Source: Macrostomum lignano
Lineage: Eukaryota
Assembly: GCA_002269645.1 (NCBI GenBank)
Contig: NIVC01000762.1
Span: forward strand, 224,638 to 288,637
Length of the DNA: 64,000 nt
Reading direction: 5' to 3'
Shown: piece by piece, positions 60,571 through 64,000 of the stretch
Numbering within the stretch: position 1 is the first letter of the stretch
Layout of the letters: every line of letters begins with the position of its first letter
Position numbers and translations under genes: made by a program
The notes under the pieces: generated by a model
What the model saw: the letters and a program-made list of their open reading frames with translations, nothing else
Database searches by the model: none
What the model was told of the DNA's origin: nothing

Positions 60571-62245
60571 CTGCAATAAGGGCCATGGGGAGCGGTTTGA
60601 GGAATGTAGTGTGAGCATCTTTGCGTGTATTTTGTTGTAAATTGACTGCATTAGTTTCTATATTGTTATTGAATTGTTATTTTGCTTTAGTTTAGTCATA
60701 CGTTTTTGGTGTACTTTTTCCTTGTTAGTTAGAATCAATTTTGTAAACAGGTTAGAGTTAGACGCCAAATTTGTGACTCAGCGGAGGGTTGAGTTTGTCT
60801 GCGAACCCCAGCTTGCGCGGTCAGCCAATCAGAACCGGCCTGGACCCTGGCACGCGGCAAGTTTCAATTCTACCCGGCGCCGCGGGCACAGTGCAAATCG
60901 GCTTATCGAGCGGCCGGCCAGACGACCACCACCCGGCTTGAGGGGGTTTTGGGGGTTGTGACTCTGACTATATATGAAAGTGTGTTTTGGCAATCGGATC
61001 TCGCCTCTCTCCTTCTCGCCTCTCTTTCCCCGGTTTTGTTTGTCCAGCTTCCCGGCCGGTGGCCTGTTTCCCCTTGATTCGCGCTTTGAGGCGTTTTGAT
61101 TTCATCACCCCCGGTCCATATCTTTGTCCCCGCCCAACCGCAGTAGTCTTGTGACGTAACGTCTACGGCAAATTCCTGTCTGAAGTCGTCGCTATCAAGC
61201 GCGGTTAGATAGAGACTGTCGGATCTGATCAAGTACGCGGCCTCGATACCGAGGGCCTCAGTGTTACACTGAAGGGCAGTGCGATAGAATTTAGTCGGTA
61301 CTCCGTTGAACGGTCGATTCGGCAGGGCTCTCGTTGAGAGTAGGTTCTGGTTTAGGCCAGGGGTTAGGAGTCTTTCTCCATGGTCCTGTGTTCGGTGCCT
61401 CCTTCTTCTTCTTCTTCAGCTGAGATCCGCTTGTCAGTGCGTATATAGTCATTATTTATTAATCGTTATTATTCGTTATCATCAGTCTAATTATCTGCGC
61501 CGCAAATTTGTTTGAATCTTGTAACTCAGCTAATCAAATTAAACCGTCAATCAAGTTAGCTATTCTTGAAATAGGATTATCACTCTCTAAATCTTTCGGT
61601 TTGTGTTCCCTCGTGTTCTTTATTTTCTTGTACTGTACCTGCGGCTATTGGAGAAGACTGGTAGAACTCGCCGACCGGCGATAGGCGATTAGGATTAATA
61701 GCTTTAAAATCTCTGACGCTCCAAGTAGGTTTGTCTAGGGCCTAACTAATTGCTCACCGTGCATGCTATTATCTAATTGCCTATTTCATCACAGGAAGGT
61801 GCGTTACGAGCGTATGTGCTCAGTCATTTTTAGACTTCGATTTGGTCATGACTAGCTTACATTTAGGTCATACGACTTTAATTCGGTCATAACTGGTTTA
61901 GGTCATCTGATTTTGATAGATTTTGATTTTTATTTTAAATAGTTTAGGTCAGTAGTAATATACCATACAAAATTGCCAGCAAACCATTCTCATAAACCAA
62001 ATGATTTTAACCCTTTATCAGTGTGAAATGGCTCATTTGACTCAAAGTCATTCGACTTTCGCTCCGCTCATCCTCGCTTCATTTCGGTCAATCAACTCAT
62101 TTCACACTTACAACGGTTAATTCTCTTTGAATTCTGAGAATACGCTCTGCTCTCGTCGTTCGCTTTGGTTTGCTGGCAATTTTGGCTGTTTAAATTGGCC
62201 TGGTTTAAATATCAGGCATTTTATACAATAAAATTTATATAATAT

Positions 62246-62716
62246 TTATTCGAGATCTGCTTTCGGCAACAGTAGTCCACTGCCCATAACGTTTGCATTT
62301 AAGAAGATTCCAGAACCTGCTTTTGGTCGCATCTCGAGATATAATCCGCTTCCGTCATGTTTTTCAATGATGTTAAAATCTTTTCCTAATTTATTAAAAA
62401 TCTTCTGAACGGCTGGTCTAAAATTGGCTCCAATATTGTCAAAAAATCCTTTAGCTTTCTCACCCGTTTTTTCTAAAGTTTGCCCAAACTCGTGTAGTTT
62501 ATCCGCGAAAACTCCGCTTCCGTGGGTTGATCCTTGTAAGATTAAACCTTTTCCCGACGCTAACCTAGCTTCTGCATTTCTTTTTTGTGCTGGTGTTGCT
62601 GAACTACTATTAATAGTGTCTATGAGTTTCTGTTTGAATTGAGCATCCTGCGTTATTTGCTGTCTTTGAAATTCAGCATCTCGTTTAGCTTTTTCATCCG
62701 CAGCTTTTTTTTGCAA
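62246..62716 (-). CDS. Polinton small structural-like ORF, 5'-truncated
   Basis: Coiled-coil-like start followed by repeated GSG-hydrophobic motifs (GSGVF, GSGLYL, GSGIFL, GSGLLL). No ATG at the start. Confidence 0.45.
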   Translation of the reverse strand: MQKKAADEKAKRDAEFQRQQITQDAQFKQKLIDTINSSSATPAQKRNAEARLASGKGLILQGSTHGSGVFADKLHEFGQTLEKTGEKAKGFFDNIGANFRPAVQKIFNKLGKDFNIIEKHDGSGLYLEMRPKAGSGIFLNANVMGSGLLLPKADLE

Positions 62717-62719
62717 AAA

Positions 62720-63142
62720 TTATTGGGAGCAAAGTTGCAAGTGGAGGTATACCCCTTGTTTTGCTTTTAATTCTGCTAACTGTTTTCGATAATCATGAAT
62801 TCTTTTTCCTGCTAAACCGGCTGCTCCTGCTGCCCCAAGTCCTAAAAGAATTGGTAGAATGGGTAGTAATCCACCATCTTTTTTTATGTGGGTCTCCAAT
62901 AAAAATTTCACATCAGAGTCTGTTAGCCGATAATTTTTACCACGGTTGTTAAAGGATATTGGCCTTCCTTCTTGTGCATATTTTGAAGCAAGTTTAAATG
63001 TATCAATGTCGTAGTCAAGTTTTTTGCCTAAGCGATCCAATCTTTTCAACATTGCGTGGCTGTGTTTATTATCATCTAAATCTAAAGTGTCTACAACCTC
63101 TGCTATAAAATATGGCCGATTTTCGTCATTAACTGAGTCCAT
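62720..63142 (-). CDS. Polinton/adintovirus pX-like small core protein
   Basis: C-terminal GGLLPILPILLGLGAAGAAGLAG..KQLAEL..KQGVYL resembles the adenovirus pX C-terminus and Polinton small proteins. It lies inside the TIRs. Confidence 0.55.
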   Translation of the reverse strand: MDSVNDENRPYFIAEVVDTLDLDDNKHSHAMLKRLDRLGKKLDYDIDTFKLASKYAQEGRPISFNNRGKNYRLTDSDVKFLLETHIKKDGGLLPILPILLGLGAAGAAGLAGKRIHDYRKQLAELKAKQGVYLHLQLCSQ

Positions 63143-63164
63143 TTTTATATTGTTAAAATTTCTT

Positions 63165-63425
63165 TAATCCTTTTCCGCCTTTTATTGTGGTTAACACTTT
63201 ATTAAAATCCTGACTATCTTTATTGCAATAAAGCAATTCTGTTGGTTGTGCGTCTTGGGTTGCTTCCTGTGCTAGTTTCAAATCTTTTATTGCTTTTATT
63301 TGTGAGAGGGTGTCGTTAAATTCCCTCAATTTCTTTAGTTCTTCTGCTGCTCTCGCTGCTTCGATTCCGCCCTTTACAGCGTTTGTTATCGAACCTGCGG
63401 CAGAGCTTTCTGTTACTGTTTATTT
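63165..63425 (-). pseudogene. 5'-truncated pX-like paralog fragment in the mini-Polinton
   Basis: Manual translation: SSAAGSITNAVKGGIEAARAAEELKKLREFN...IKGGKGLKKF*. No start codon. Confidence 0.45.
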
Positions 63426-64000
63426 TTAGTAACAGAAAAAGAGACGAAGTGGAGGCACAATAGGTTGGGATAGAATTGGAGCTTTTCTTTTAGAATGGCG
63501 CTTTTCTTTATAATTATAAAGATTGGCGCTAGTTGTGTTGCTGCCTTTCTCTCTATAAAGGAACAATGGGTGGTAAGAGAAAAGAGACGAATTATAACTT
63601 ATGAATGGGCCAGTATGAAGTTTCATACTACAGAAAAAGACCCTTGGCGCCTGCGGCGCGGCCTGGGGTTACAGAGTGCTTGTGTGTGTTAGGGAGAGTT
63701 TGAGTACCATACAAAATTGCCAGCAAACCAAAGCGAACGATGAGAGCAGAGCGTATTCTCAGAATTCAAAGAGAATTAATCGTTGTAAGTGTGAAATGAG
63801 TTGATTGACCGAAATGAAGCGGAGGATGAGCGGAGCGAGTTGAGCGGAGTGAAGACGAGCGGTAATGAAAGGGAAATGAGCCATTTCACACTGATAAAGG
63901 GTTAAATCATTTGATTTATGAGAACGGTTTGCTGGCAATTTTGTATGGTATATTACTACTTAGGTCATACAGTTTTGATTCGGTCATAAATAGTTTAGGT

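Larger units (their letters stand above)
61951..63960. mobile_element. Non-autonomous mini-Polinton/Maverick, 2,010 bp, ~234/249-bp TIRs, 6-bp TSD
   Basis: Starts AGTAGT and ends ACTACT. TIRs lie at 61951-62184 and 63712-63960. The flanking direct repeat TAGGTC is at 61945-61950 and 63961-63966. Confidence 0.9.

Noticed and set aside
60660-61810. Possible solo LTR (CCAAT- and TATA-like motifs, end ggtgcgttacg)
   Set aside because: No clean TG...CA termini or TSD could be identified, and there is no second copy in the window.

Overview
Eukaryotic (animal) genomic DNA, rich in simple repeats and with intron-poor genes. The style is reminiscent of a flatworm such as Macrostomum, but the species cannot be established from this window. 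The left half (1-32.7 kb) is a head-to-tail, minus-strand array of seven RNF31/HOIP-family RBR-LDD ubiquitin ligase genes. One is a canonical full-length HOIP (PUB, B-box, NZF x2, UBA, RING1-IBR-RING2-LDD; 29146-32712). The six derived paralogs are built from shuffled modules: a near-identical PUB/UBA-less RBR-LDD cassette with intact catalytic residues, two tandem double-RBR designs whose second RBR lacks the catalytic Cys, a filamin-repeat fusion, a Q/M/N/S tandem-repeat tail, and a disrupted multi-NZF copy. An in-frame TGA recurs at the same linker position in three module copies. The right half holds a 5'-truncated RNase H-bearing LINE with an 11-bp TSD, a 3.4-kb (TTAG)n array, and a BCL11-family zinc-finger gene. 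It also holds a class A GPCR whose intron contains an opposite-strand ankyrin plus Mab-21/cGAS-like nucleotidyltransferase pseudogene, SINE and MITE-like copies, and a 2,010-bp non-autonomous mini-Polinton/Maverick (AGTAGT termini, 6-bp TSD) that retains only pX-like virion core gene fragments. All calls come from reading the sequence by eye; no database searches were run.
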